NCBI GenBank assembly: GCA_002633005.1
Contig: NMRA01000016.1
Location: 1,070,034 to 1,134,033 of the forward strand
Length of the DNA stretch: 64,000 nt
Origin: Phoronis australis
Taxonomy: Eukaryota; Animalia; Phoronida
Direction of reading: 5' to 3'
This document shows positions 12,001-23,493 of this stretch, one piece after another. Made by a program: the position numbers and the translations under genes. Below the pieces are notes generated by a model. The model was not told the DNA's origin and ran no database searches. It saw only the letters and a list, made by a program, of their open reading frames with translations. Position 1 is the first letter of the stretch. Every line of letters starts with the position of its first letter.

Positions 12001-15000
12001 TACTACTTGAAACTTTAAAAAGTTTCTTAACTCGCAGTTATGAGCTTAACAACACTCCCCCCCCCCCGTCCCCCTGATCAGTGATACATGTAGGTGGCAG
12101 TTTTGCATGCTTTGGTCGTATTATTTGTATCTAACATGACCTTACCAAATTTTATTTAAAACTTTTGGCTGGATAACTATTCCTTTTGAAAAGGGAAAAA
12201 CTTCACCACAGGATTCCAGTTTGCTGTTTTACCACCTTTAATTGTATTTCTTGGTCAGGCTCCTCATGTATTTTATGAAATAAGAAAAGGCAGCGTAACA
12301 TTTCATAGAATTATGATAATGTTTCTATGAAATTTTTAATATTGCCGTAAAAATGCTTCACTCGTGACAGGATGCTGCAACAAGGCGCGTGTAATTTCTG
12401 CGTCAGATGCGCTAAGGCACGTCATGAAAATAACTGAGTCATTAATGCTTAGATATTGTGCCTACGCATAAGCCTCGGTTTGCAAAACAAATTTGAATAA
12501 CAGTCTTTACCGTAAGAGATTATTGACTGTGGTTGTCATTATTGGTGACCTGTTGAAGATGATAACTAACTTAGAAAAATTGTTTTCACGCATTTGGTCT
12601 TGCGGAAATGAGGCCTTCCACAGATGTGACAAAGTTGAAGGTTATCGTTGGCCACGCAAATTATGCGTAAATTAATTCTTATGAATGGGTAAATTAACTT
12701 TTAACAGGTGATCGTACATTAATTCTTTACTACATAAATTATTTACTGCACATATTTTTTATTTGCGGTGCAAGTTAACTTTTAATGGTGAAAATTAATT
12801 GCTAACGGCATAATTTACTTTTAACTACATAAAGCAATTCTTTACGGTATAAGTTAATTACTTGCGCTGCAAATTAACTTTTAATGGAATCAACTGAACT
12901 TTATCTACGTGCGTAACGTTCACTCATTTGGCCAACAATAAATTTGAGATGCAAATAAGTAATTTGTACCATAGAAAGATATTTATTCTAAGGCCCAAAT
13001 AATTGATTTACACAATTAAAGGTTAATTTATGCACCAAATAATTAATTTACACCCTCAATTAACAATTAATTTATGCTATTAATAGTTATTTTACGCCGT
13101 CAAACAGAATTACATATAATTTATGCTTGTATTTTTGCATAACGTTTACTGAATTCTTCATAAGAGCACAGCCCCAGAAATAGCTTTGGCATTATATCCA
13201 GGTTCTCATTCATTCCCTTCCATACATTCACTGTCTAGTAATTCCGAGCTCAGAGGTGTAGGAGCCACCTTGAAGCCAGGATTCGAACCCGGGTCTCCCA
13301 AACAGGAATCTGCAGCTCAAACCACTGAGTCACACTGTTTACTGATTTATGTGTAGGTAGAAGAGCGTCTAGATCAAAATCGTAAACAGGGAGGGCACTG
13401 GATCGGCTGGAAACGTGGGCCAATCAAATGAAGCAATGAATATATCGACAATTATCATTGGCTGACTTATGTCAGACATAAATGCGATCCATGTTAGATA
13501 TAAATAGAATAGTGGTGGATGAAATGAATGTTATTTATGTATGATATGACTAAAACTATAGTTGACATTAATGATTTTTGTACGATATTATTACACATAA
13601 TTGTCAGAGGTAATCTGAATGATATTGCACTGCGCCAGTCATCATGGATGTGGTGCTTCCACAGCCCGGGCGTAGTGTGCGTGCTCTGCCCTGTGTCTTG
13701 CAATAATGGAACGTATAAATGGACTATGAAATTTCCCTTAGGGAAGATGTGTGGCGTTTTGTTCACAATTCATGCCATGAAATTATAGGGATATCAAAAG
13801 GCTGAAGTCAGAAATGATCAACCTTGGAGTATATACTATACACGACCTTTGCATGTTTTGAGACATGTGCCTCTCCCCACTAACATGCCATCATGTCACT
13901 TCCAATTTACCCAATCTTAGCACGTTCCTAAAATATATTTTTGAAATGTTTATCATTGGACAATTTAAGAAAAGTAATTATATGAAATCGTGAAATCTTT
14001 AAAATTGCACAGTTCATTCAACTCCATTGATTTCAGATAACTCGGAATAAAAATCTGTATGCAAAATAAACTTCTCTGATGTTGTCTAAGTTAAATTAAT
14101 TTGAATATCTGATTTGTCCAAAATCAAGTTGTGATAGATATCGGAACAGCTTTATCACTGAACTGCAATCTACTAAAAGTATTTTACCCTTCAATCATTT
14201 CATAACTTCCTCATTATTTTATGATGAAGGCAGCTAGATTGATATATTTTGTTTAATCTCTTCTCAAACGCTTGCACGAATACAAAGCAATACAGTACAA
14301 TGCAATGCAATGAAATGCAACACAATACAGTACAGTGCAATACAGTACAGTACAATAAAGTACAATACAATACAGTACAATACAATACAATATAATGCAA
14401 TACAATACAATGCAATGCCAGATAAATGCCTCTTGGCGCTTCCTGGGTTATGTATATTCATTGTATTCTGAAAGTTTCGTAATAAACATTAATTAATAAA
14501 AAATAACAATGCCAATGTCTTTCCAGACGCATTAGAGGCCATACAACTGAACAATTAAAGGACGAGTAGCAAACGGTATTTCATCTCATAAGCAGGTCCT
14601 GGCAATTACCAGCCAGTCTATCAAGTTTTGGCTTCTTCATCACTAACTGTTTAACATTGTTGACATCCCATAGGCAGATATAAGGGTGACCTTTCCCCTT
14701 TACGGTATCCTATATCCCCCGATGCTTTCAATATATTAAACATTTCTGATCAAAGCTCGAAGTAAGCAGGACATTGTATTAAAATATGAACTTTGTCTTG
14801 TACTACCCCACAATGGCTCTGACAACACATTCTATCCCCATACATTAAACCTCAGCATCTTAATAGACCAATTAGTGCGTGGACAGTCGGACCTGCACGC
14901 TGCCAAACCATTTGGTTCCTTTCATTCTGGTTCATGTTCCATATCAAACTTGAAGTGTCTAAACAGATTGTTTTTGGTTTCCAGTCCCTTATTTCTCACT

Positions 15001-15309
15001 TCCGTCAATTGCTGAACACCGCCTCAGTATTTATCTCAAACAGAGTTGTTTCTTAGAAGCTGACCCAAACCACCCTTTTCTGTAATGTACATCGTATTGA
15101 GAAGGCTGGCAAGACTCCTAGCGAGGTCGCTTTCAGAATACTGAGTACAGTGTTCAAGTTCCAGCTATTTTAGTCAGTCTTTTAAATCAGCTAAATGCCA
15201 CTGACCTCTTCTTGCAGCACCGGCTGGATGCGACAATATTCCAAGCAAAGTCATACTCGGCGCAGCCTTTGTTGTGATGGCGATCATCTCCACCAACATT
15301 TACATGTAA
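6083..15309 (+). CDS. Orphan micro-exon gene, probably a GPI-anchored Gly/Thr-rich repeat surface protein (5' part not identified)
   Basis: Seven 36-nt AG/GT-bounded exons at 6083-6118, 8219-8254, 8963-8998, 9696-9731, 9867-9902, 11161-11196 and 11331-11366. In phase 1 they read (G/D/V)TxKPT(G/E/R)x(G/E)(E/G)(G/S)G. A terminal exon 15218-15309 follows a ctcttcttgcag acceptor and reads APAGCDNIPSKVILGAAFVVMAIISTNIYM* in phase 1. AATAAA at 16212. Confidence 0.72.
7458..7860. mobile_element. PIF/Harbinger-like MITE in a micro-exon gene intron
   Basis: About 40-bp imperfect TIRs (ggcccggtctctaatctttgtactcgaa / ttcgagtaaaaagattggagaccgggcc) with a 3-bp CTG duplication on both sides. CWG TSDs are known for Harbingers. 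Confidence 0.75.
9070..11999 (+). repeat. About 1.46-kb direct duplication (9070-10534 vs 10536-11999) across a single n
   Basis: About 98% identity by eye (roughly 30 non-exonic differences). Each copy carries two micro-exons. The junction is exactly the n at 10535. Confidence 0.9.
12655..13160. repeat. AT-rich degenerate foldback/MITE-like segment
   Basis: Recurrent aaattaacttttaa motifs in the left half and complementary ttaattta(t/c) motifs in the right half. Ends not resolved. Confidence 0.35.
13272..13337 (-). mobile_element. tRNA-derived SINE head / tRNA pseudogene fragment
   Basis: The minus strand has an A-box-like TGACTCAGTGG (13332-13322) and a B-box GGTTCGAATCC (13289-13279) at tRNA spacing, but no clean cloverleaf. 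Confidence 0.55.
14281..14417. repeat. Pentanucleotide microsatellite (TACAA/TACAG/TGCAA)n
   Basis: Directly visible. It explains the spurious Cys/Ile/Val/Leu/Tyr ORFs at 14200-14461. Confidence 0.95.
15218..15309 (+). CDS. Putative terminal exon encoding a GPI-anchor-type C-terminal signal
   Basis: Pyrimidine-rich acceptor, then small residues (APAG), a short polar spacer, a hydrophobic stretch VILGAAFVVMAII and a stop. The phase matches the micro-exons read in phase 1. Confidence 0.65.
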
Positions 15310-15509
15310 AGCTTTGAAGACATCAACTCTGGGCCAATCGTTTTATCATCCCAACTGGTTAACTGTACCGCAACCGTCGGGAAGGCAAGAAACAATGTAC
15401 TCCAAAGTTAAAACAAAATTATTTTTTTACAATTCTTAGCAAAATGTTCAAGTTGCGTGACCTAACAGGTGTTTTTATGAACTAGGTTTTAATATTTTCA
15501 TGCCTTAAG

Positions 15510-16050
15510 ATGTTCAATCGTTAATTGGTCGATGAACGTGTTATATATAATAAGAATATACTGTTTTGTTTGTTATTTATTTGGTTATAACAACTGATTT
15601 ACAGTATTATAGTAACGCAACAGTCTCAAAGGCAGACAATTAAGTTCTTCTATGTTAAAACAGTATTATTTTTTAGTGCCCAGCAAAATACGTATTGTTT
15701 TGAGAAATTAACATATGTTTTTCTTGTACCGTATTTTGCTCTTTGTACATACGTCATATGTTTCGTTAACATAATTTTCATTTATTGTTTGTTCGATGAA
15801 CGTGTTAATTGTTATTGAGATTTACTGTATTTACTTTGTTTGTTATTCATTACTTCAATGTCGTAACCGTCGTAAAGGCAGACAATAAAGTACTTTGGTG
15901 TTGAGGAAAATACGTAGTGTTTTGAGAACCTAACATTTTGTTTTTCGTTTTGCGTTTCGTTTTTTACCTGCGTGTTGTTGTTCGTTGGATGATGTTCAAT
16001 CGTTACTTGTTTGATAAACATGTTAATTGTTATTCCAATTTACTGTAAGT
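15510..16050 (+). repeat. Degenerate about 240-260 bp tandem repeat (about 2.3 units) in the putative 3' UTR
   Basis: Recurring blocks gatgttcaatcgtta, gatgaacgtgtta, aaaggcagacaat and aaaatacgta.tgttttgaga near 15510, 15780 and 15991. Confidence 0.6.
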
Positions 16051-16300
16051 GTTTTGCTTGTTTTTCTGGCAAGTGTTGAAAATAGTTTTTTCCATTATGT
16101 TGGCTTCACTTGAAATTGTGTTCGTTAGGACTTTTTGCTTGATGGTTTCTTGTACTTTGCTGTTGATGATATTCCTTCAAGCGTTGCACGCACTGCTCTG
16201 TTTAACGTTGAAATAAAACTTTATGGAAACATCATTTTTCATAGTGATTTTGCGAAGCTCCAGATTTCAAGAAGACATTCCATATGATATCCGGATAAAT

Positions 16301-17137
16301 ATAGATTATTTCATGGCGAAGTCGCTATCCCCCGTATTCTAGAGCCCGAGTGGATTTTGGGGCGATAATTCTCCAAAATCCACGAGGGCTCTAGAAAACG
16401 AGGATAACGACTGAGAACATGAAATAATCTATTTATAGCATATACTGAACGAGAAACATTGCAATGAATCGATCTACCTTTGTCGACTCGCTTCGGCTTT
16501 GTAGCTACTTTCCATGTCAGAGGCCCGGGGTCGGAGTTCGTGACCTTTTAAGAAAAGCCGAGTTATTTTGGTCAAATAATGCTTTTACTCAAAATCTATT
16601 GAAAATTTAAACAAAATAGAAATAGAATGAATCTATAAATTAAGGTTTAGCAATTATTATAGCTTAACTACATATTTTATCACGTCAAACTTCGACCGGG
16701 AAAATATCGCCTGCTAAAGTAGGTTACCACTGGCAGCTAAGTATAATGCTCAAGCCAAAGGATCCTGACCACACGATATCCGCATTCAAAATGGAGATCG
16801 GTGACTTACAAGTGAGAGAACATGAGAGAAAAGTTTCAATGAATTAAAATATCGTTTTTATGGAAATTATGCGTCTTATTTTTCATAGCGGTTGGTACAA
16901 TGCCCTTTGTTGAACATGCGATTGTTGCGCGTGCTCATTTATGTATTCTATTTTCACGTTCGATGACGTCAGCCGCTGAGTTGTGTAGTGGTAAAGTCGA
17001 CGACTCGAAACTCTTGCGGCCCGTGTTCCAAATCGGCCTCGGTTCTCGCCAAAATGATATCTCACGAGTGAGATAACTAAATGGGTTATTACACGGTTTT
17101 ATCGGCCATTCGAGGATAATGTTGTGTTATAATACAT
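16301..17137 (+). mobile_element. Non-autonomous terminal-hairpin element with internal tRNA-like module (copy A)
   Basis: 5' hairpin 16301-16432 (atagattatttcatg...catgaaataatctat), a conserved body, TGACGTCA immediately before a tRNA-like segment 16972-17043, then the small hairpin tatctcacgagtgagata. Homologous to the copies at 17140, 17963, 18440 and 23494. Confidence 0.8.
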
Positions 17138-17139
17138 TG

Positions 17140-17920
17140 TATACCACATACCGAGATAACATTTTGGCGGGAAACCGAGGCCGGATTCGAACCCGGACCA
17201 AAGATTTTATAGTATCTTTTCCCGGAACTCAAGAGTTTCTGGTCGCCGACTTTACCATTACACCACTCATCGGCTGACGTCACCAAGAGTGAAAATAGAA
17301 AACTTAAATGAGCATGCGCAACAATCCCATGTTCAACAATCCGTATTGCACTCACATCTATACTATCTGAAAAATAAGACGCATAATTTCCATAAAAAAG
17401 ATATCTTGATTCAGTGAAATTTTTCTCTCATGTTCTCACACTTGTAAATCACTGATCTCCAATTTGAATGTGGGTATCGTGTCGTCGGGATCCTTTGACT
17501 TGAGAATTATACTCAGTTACCAATGGCAACCTACTTTAGCAGACGATGGTTTTCCGGCCGAAGCTTAGCGTGATAAAGTTTTTTAACCTATATTAGTTAG
17601 TAAACCTTAATTTATAAACTCACTTTATATCTATTTTGTTTAAATTTTCAATTGGTTTTGAGTAAAAGCATTATTTGACAAAAAATAGCTCGGGTTTTCT
17701 TAAAAGGTCACGACCTCCGACCCCGGGCCTCTGACATACTGTAGAAAGTAGTTACAAAGCCAAGGCGAGTCGAGAAAGGTAAATTGATTCATTGCAATGT
17801 TTCTCGTTTACTATGTGGTATAAATAGATTATTACATGTTTTCAGCCGTTATCCCCCTTATCTAGAGCCCGAAAGGCTCTAGATAACAGGGGATAACGAC
17901 TTCGCTGTGTAATATTCCAT
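17140..17920 (-). mobile_element. Same element family, inverted (copy B), tail-to-tail with copy A
   Basis: Reverse complement matches copy A along its length. Its tRNA-like module 17274-17174 has B-box GGTTCGAATCC and about 30 extra nt. Confidence 0.8.
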
Positions 17921-17962
17921 TTTCATGTAACGAAGATACATACATCCATTGAGCTATAACTN

Positions 17963-19312
17963 TTTATCACGCCAAACTTCGACCGGGAAAATATCGCCTC
18001 CTAAAGTAGGTTACCTCTGGCAGCAGAAAAGTATAATGCTCAAGCCAAAGGATCCTGGCCACACGATATCCGCATTCAAGATGGAGATCGGTGATTTACA
18101 AGTGAGAGAACATGAGAGAAAAATTTCAATGAATTAAAATATCGTTTTTATGGAAATTATGCGTCTTATTTTTCACAGCGGTTGGTACAATGCCCTTGTT
18201 GAACATACGATTGTTGCGCGTGCTCATTTATGTATTCTATTTTCACGTTCGATGACGTCAGCCGCTGAGTTGTGTAGTGGTAAAGTCGACGACTCGAAAC
18301 TCTTGCGGCCGTGTTCGAAACCGGCCTCGGTTCCCGCCAAAATGATATCTCACTAGTGAGATAACTAAATGGGTTATTACACGGTTGTATTGGCCATTCG
18401 AGGATAATGTTGTGTTATAATACATTGTACATGTATACCACAATATTAACCTCGAATGGCAAATACAACCGTATAATAACCCATATAGTTATCTCACAAG
18501 CGAGATAACATTTTGGCGGGAAACCGTGGCCGGATTCGAACCCGGACCAAAGATTTTATAGTATCTTTTCCCGGAACTCAAGAGTTTCTGGTCGCCAACT
18601 TTACCATTACACCACTCATCGGCTGACGTCACCAAGAGTGAAAATAGAAAACTTAAATGAGCATGCGTAACAATCCCATGTTCAACAATCCGCATTGCAC
18701 TTACATCTATACTCTGTGAAAAATAAGACGCATAATTTCCATAAAAACGATATCTTGATTCAGTGAAATTTTTCTCTCATGTTCTCACACTTGTAAATCA
18801 CTGATCTCCAATTTGAATGTGGGTATCGTGTCGTCGGGATCCTTTGACTTGAGAATTATACTCAGTTACCAATGGTAACCTACTTTAGCAGACGATAGTT
18901 TCCCGGCCGAAGCTTAGCGTGATAAAATGTTTTTTAACCTATTTTAGTTAGTAAACCTTAATTTATAAACTCGCTTTATATCTATTTTGTTTAAATTTTC
19001 AATTCTTTTTGAGTAAAAGCATTATTTGACAAAAATAGCTCGGCTTTTCTTAAAACGGGTCACGACCTCCGACCCGGGCCTCTGACATAAAAAGTAGTTA
19101 CAAAGCCAAGGCAAGTCGAGAAAGGTAAATTGATTGATTGCAATGTTTTTCGTTTAGTATGTGGTATAAATAGATTATTACATGTTCTCAGCCGTTATCC
19201 CCCTTATCTAGAGCCACTCGGGCTCTAGATAACGGGATAACGACTTCGCTATGTAATAATCTATTTTCATGTAACGAAGATACAATGTACATACAACCAT
19301 TGAGCTATAACT
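17963..19312. repeat. Second copy of the A/B palindromic pair (duplicate of 16676-17961) across the n at 17962
   Basis: Near-identical to 16676-17961. tRNA-like modules at 18261-18331 (+) and 18623-18523 (-). The right flank gagctataact is duplicated. Confidence 0.85.
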
Positions 19313-20237
19313 GTCGTAGCTCATTGATACAAGGAAGCTTCTCTCTGAGTGTGTGCAAGTTCAGATGACGAACACGTTCGCATAATGAAAGCCTTTGCCT
19401 AGTCACCTCCACCTTGTCTGCACAACCTATCAAAGATTGATCAAGTTGCGGTAGACCTAAACATTCGAAATGAACATGTCGGGAATGCTTTCTGGTGTAT
19501 ATTTCGATTTGACGTCTCATCACTAATTGTAGTCGGTCTCAAATATACGCGCCGACCAAAAATCTTATTCAAAGTTGATCATACATTAACCCATGTTAGT
19601 GAAATTGCACGGATGATAACTTCCAAAAATGAACTGGGAACTATGATTGTGCGTTTTTCACGGAATCGTCCACATTTCTACTTCTTCACTAGATTGTAAA
19701 ATGTTCGCCGATGATTTCCCTGTTTAAAGTCACGTGTACCGCTAGTGCATGCAGCAAAATGTATGATGTTTTAGTCGTCTTTTTGTGAAAAACGCCACTT
19801 TCGAAAAAACTGTCACCAGCGCATGGTTTGTTTACGTGCAAACTGTCAATCGAACCAACGATCTGTAACTCCTGTACTATCGAATCTGTCTTGTTCTGTG
19901 TATCCAACGTCGTCCTTCGTTTTACTATAATCACAAATTCCCGCCAGGGATATTTACATCTACTTGTCTTCAAGACAGAATCAAACTATCCCCAATTTTT
20001 TATAATAACCGTGGTATCGCTTCAAAGGTCTTTTTGCCTATCAATGTACATTTCAAAAATGACAATTTGCTGAAAATGCATGAACGAGTAACCATGACAA
20101 TGCCAAAGTGTTATGAATCACGTGGATGAATTTGATTCGGTTCCTAGTTTCTGAAAATACTTTTTTGACAATTGCTAGTTATGTAAAGACAACACCTTTT
20201 AATTAAAGCTAGTTTTGACAAGTGACTACATTGTGGG

Positions 20238-20389
20238 CAGTGTGCAGGCCCAAATTGTCACAACATCCCAAACTGTCACAACTTCAAAATTGTCTCAATT
20301 TTTGCTTGTGACAATTTGGGCCTGCAAAAATTGAGACAATTTTGAAGTTGTGACAATTTGGAATGTTGTGACAATTTGGGCCTGCACTG
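20238..20389. mobile_element. Short palindromic MITE built from ttgtcacaa/ttgtgacaa subrepeats
   Basis: tgcaggcccaaattgtcacaac ... gttgtgacaatttgggcctgcactg|ta. The right end CACTG-TA is Tc1/mariner-like. Confidence 0.6.
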
Positions 20390-21306
20390 TAGTAATGTCG
20401 GATGTGTCGGGAGAGTCTAGCTTAGCCAAAAATGGATAAAAGCATTGTTTTATTTAAAACTGATATGTACCTGATGTTGCAACGGTAGTAATTCACGTCA
20501 ACGGTCACCATGCAGATTCAAGCGTGTGCATGCAAAGACGATTAAAGCTGGATTGTACAGAATTTTCATATTCCAATACCAGGAGTGCAAGCCCATTCTT
20601 TAAGTGGCATAGAACACGAAAACACCAACATGTTTTACTGCCATTGAAACAAATCGAAGTGTTCACCAGTCATTTTTAATTTTTTTTTCACAAAGATTTT
20701 GAATTAACGTTGATATCAAAGCATTTTCTTAAGTTTCAGCTTTCTGTAAAAACGATCGTCACTTCGTCAAAATTTCTCTCACAAGGCAAAGCACGTCCTC
20801 TTATTTGGTATGGCAACTCAGACGGACATAGCACTCAATGAGCTATAATTTGTTTAATTAATTTATCTCATTGATAGCACATTTCGCTTATATGGAAAAG
20901 GCTTGCGAGTGTGGTATTGTCTGGGCAATACCTTATTAAATATTTAAATTAGTCTTTTTCCAAGCTCATTTATTTGACGAAAAGATCATTTCAGATGAGT
21001 TTTTATGAAAATTTCAGGTCGCCAACTGGAACAGAATCAGAAACAGAAATGTTTAGTGTATGTAGGCCTTGGCCTCATAATACTGTTGACATTTCAACTT
21101 TACAATGATAAAATTTCAGCTCCTATAGCACAGTTGTTCTCAAAATATATAGTAGCACCAGGCGTTTTAGCTCACAAAGATCATGGCTTTGAAATCTGGC
21201 ATCATCTGTGATATTCGTCAACAAATTTATGCGCACATCACTAACAGGGGTACCGTAGAATCATACGCACGAGCACTGCATCTTACGCATGAACAACCTA
21301 CGAACC

Positions 21307-23022
21307 ACTCGAACTAACTGGAAATATGATCAGGTCGACACCGATAAACTGCGTCAGGATATCACCAACACTGACTGGGATTCGATATTGAACACTGGCG
21401 ACATTGATGACACTGTTTCACTCTTCACTAGTACTTTGTATGAAATCTTAAAAAACAACATCCCATCAACTGAAAAGATAATTAAACACAACAGCCAACC
21501 GTGGTTCAACAGTAATGTTAAACGGGCAATCCGCACAAGAAACAGACTTTACAGCTCTTTCAGAAGATCTAACAACACTATAATCTACAACAGATACNNN
21601 NNNNNNNNNNNNNNNNNNNNNNNNNNNNNNNNNNNNNNNNNNNNNNNNNNNNNNNNNNNNNNNNNNNNNNNNNNNNNNNNNNNNNNNNNNNNNNNNNNNN
21701 NNNNNNNNNNNNNNNNNNNNNNNNNNNNNNNNNNNNNNNNNNNNNNNNNNNNNNNNNNNNNNNNNNNNNNNNNNNNNNNNNNNNNNNNNNNNNNNNNNNN
21801 NNNNNNNNNNNNNNNNNNNNNNNNNNNNNNNNNNNNNNNNNNNNNNNNNNNNNNNNNNNNNNNNNNNNNNNNNNNNNNNNNNNNNNNNNNNNNNNNNNNN
21901 NNNNNNNNNNNNNNNNNNNNNNNNNNNNNNNNNNNNNNNNNNNNNNNNNNNNNNNNNNNNNNNNNNNNNNNNNNNNNNNNNNNNNNNNNNNNNNNNNNNN
22001 NNNNNNNNNNNNNNNNNNNNNNNNNNNNNNNNNNNNNNNNNNNNNNNNNNNNNNNNNNNNNNNNNNNNNNNNNNNNNNNNNNNNNNNNNNNNNNNNNNNN
22101 NNNNNNNNNNNNNNNNNNNNNNNNNNNNNNNNNNNNNNNNNNNNNNNNNNNNNNNNNNNNNNNNNNNNNNNNNNNNNNNNNNNNNNNNNNNNNNNNNNNN
22201 NNNNNNNNNNNNNNNNNNNNNNNNNNNNNNNNNNNNNNNNNNNNNNNNNNNNNNNNNNNNNNNNNNNNNNNNNNNNNNNNNNNNNNNNNNNNNNNNNNNN
22301 NNNNNNNNNNNNNNNNNNNNNNNNNNNNNNNNNNNNNNNNNNNNNNNNNNNNNNNNNNNNNNNNNNNNNNNNNNNNNNNNNNNNNNNNNNNNNNNNNNNN
22401 NNNNNNNNNNNNNNNNNNNNNNNNNNNNNNNNNNNNNNNNNNNNNNNNNNNNNNNNNNNNNNNNNNNNNNNNNNNNNNNNNNNNNNNNNNNNNNNNNNNN
22501 NNNNNNNNNNNNNNNNNNNNNNNNNNNNNNNNNNNNNNNNNNNNNNNNNNNNNNNNNNNNNNNNNNNNNNNNNNNNNNNNNNNNNNNNNNNTCGAATCCC
22601 TGAGAGACTCACTCTTTCGTGCACTCAATGATAACCAATCAATTGTTAACGCTCTCAATTCTTGTAATAATATCCCTACTAGAGTTACATTATTACTGAA
22701 TGGTAGTCCTAACCTTGACTTTGTTCTCAACGAATTCCTCCTAAGCAGCGTTAGCAAATTTTTATGTACCGTTTATCAATATTTTTGCATCTTTCCATAC
22801 ACGAATCTGTAAATATTTTTGTTTTTATATATCTGTAATAGCATGTCTAAGTATTGGAATACTTATTTTAGATACTACTTAATTGTATATACCTCTATGT
22901 ATATAAGTTTCATTTATGAATTGTTTACAACCCAGATATAATGCTTTGCGGTTTCTGGGTTTGTTATTATTTCTTTGTATGTCCTGTGTATCCTTCAATA
23001 AATATATATCACAGTGAAAAAA
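21307..23022 (+). mobile_element. 5'-truncated CR1-group LINE fragment (ORF2 linker to C-terminus; RT core position falls in the N-gap)
   Basis: Translation WKYDQVDTDKLRQDITNTDWDSIL...QPWFNSNVKRAIRTRNRLY is the typical endonuclease-RT linker. The C-terminus reads LRDSLF..LLNGSPNL..NEFL. AATAAA near 22998 and a short A tail. A 15-bp TSD aacaacctacgaacc sits at 21292-21306 and 23023-23037. Confidence 0.8.
21598..22591. other. Assembly gap (N run)
   Basis: Run of n. Confidence 1.
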
Positions 23023-23493
23023 AACAACCTACGAACCTGTGAATTATGTATACGTACGTGTACGAACCCCAAACTAGTGCAACGAACAATAATAATGCGC
23101 CGCACGAACCACAAAAACCGCATACGCGAACACAATACGCACAATGTGATCGTGTTTGTGAGTGATTCGATGCTCGCTATCGTATGAATGATTTAGTGTT
23201 CGTATATGATTCGCATGATTTTCGTTTGTGTTATTTTTGGGTTCGTATCAGTACATGATTCATGCATGGGTTCGTATGCATGGATTCATAGGAGATTCAT
23301 GAATAAGATGCAATACTCGAGCGTATGATTTTATTTTTGGAACTCCTGACTCAGGACAGTGCAGTCATAAAATGAATCTCGTTTTCAACTTGACCAGCAC
23401 TGCATATACCACTAACTCTCATCCTCGCTCAGACCTGCGTCAGTCGAAACAAGGATGTGATGTCCGATGGACGAAACGATTTGTGGAATAAAT

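Larger units (their letters stand above)
21245..23348. mobile_element. MITE host element interrupted by the LINE
   Basis: The left end caggggtaccgtagaatcatacgcacgagcactgcatctta matches the reverse complement of the right end taagatgcaatactcgagcgtatgatt...ggaactcctg. Internal tacgaacc/ggttcgta inverted motifs. Confidence 0.65.

Noticed and set aside
14200-14461. Cys/Val/Leu/Tyr-rich ORFs
   Set aside because: They are translations of the TACAA microsatellite.
14527-14575. Candidate extra exon after ctttccag
   Set aside because: Stop codons in all three frames before the next donor.
16883-18695. Short ORFs within the hairpin elements (also 24185-24418)
   Set aside because: Frames are not maintained between copies and there is no transposase, recombinase or helicase motif.
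21005-21211. 68-aa ORF with a hydrophobic stretch as the 5' exon of the FN3-TM gene
   Set aside because: No convincing donor in the needed phase, and no recognisable homology.
21289-22812. Long 348-507 aa ORFs in the track (also 61806-62310)
   Set aside because: Their length is an artefact of N runs. Only the LINE-derived flanks are real.
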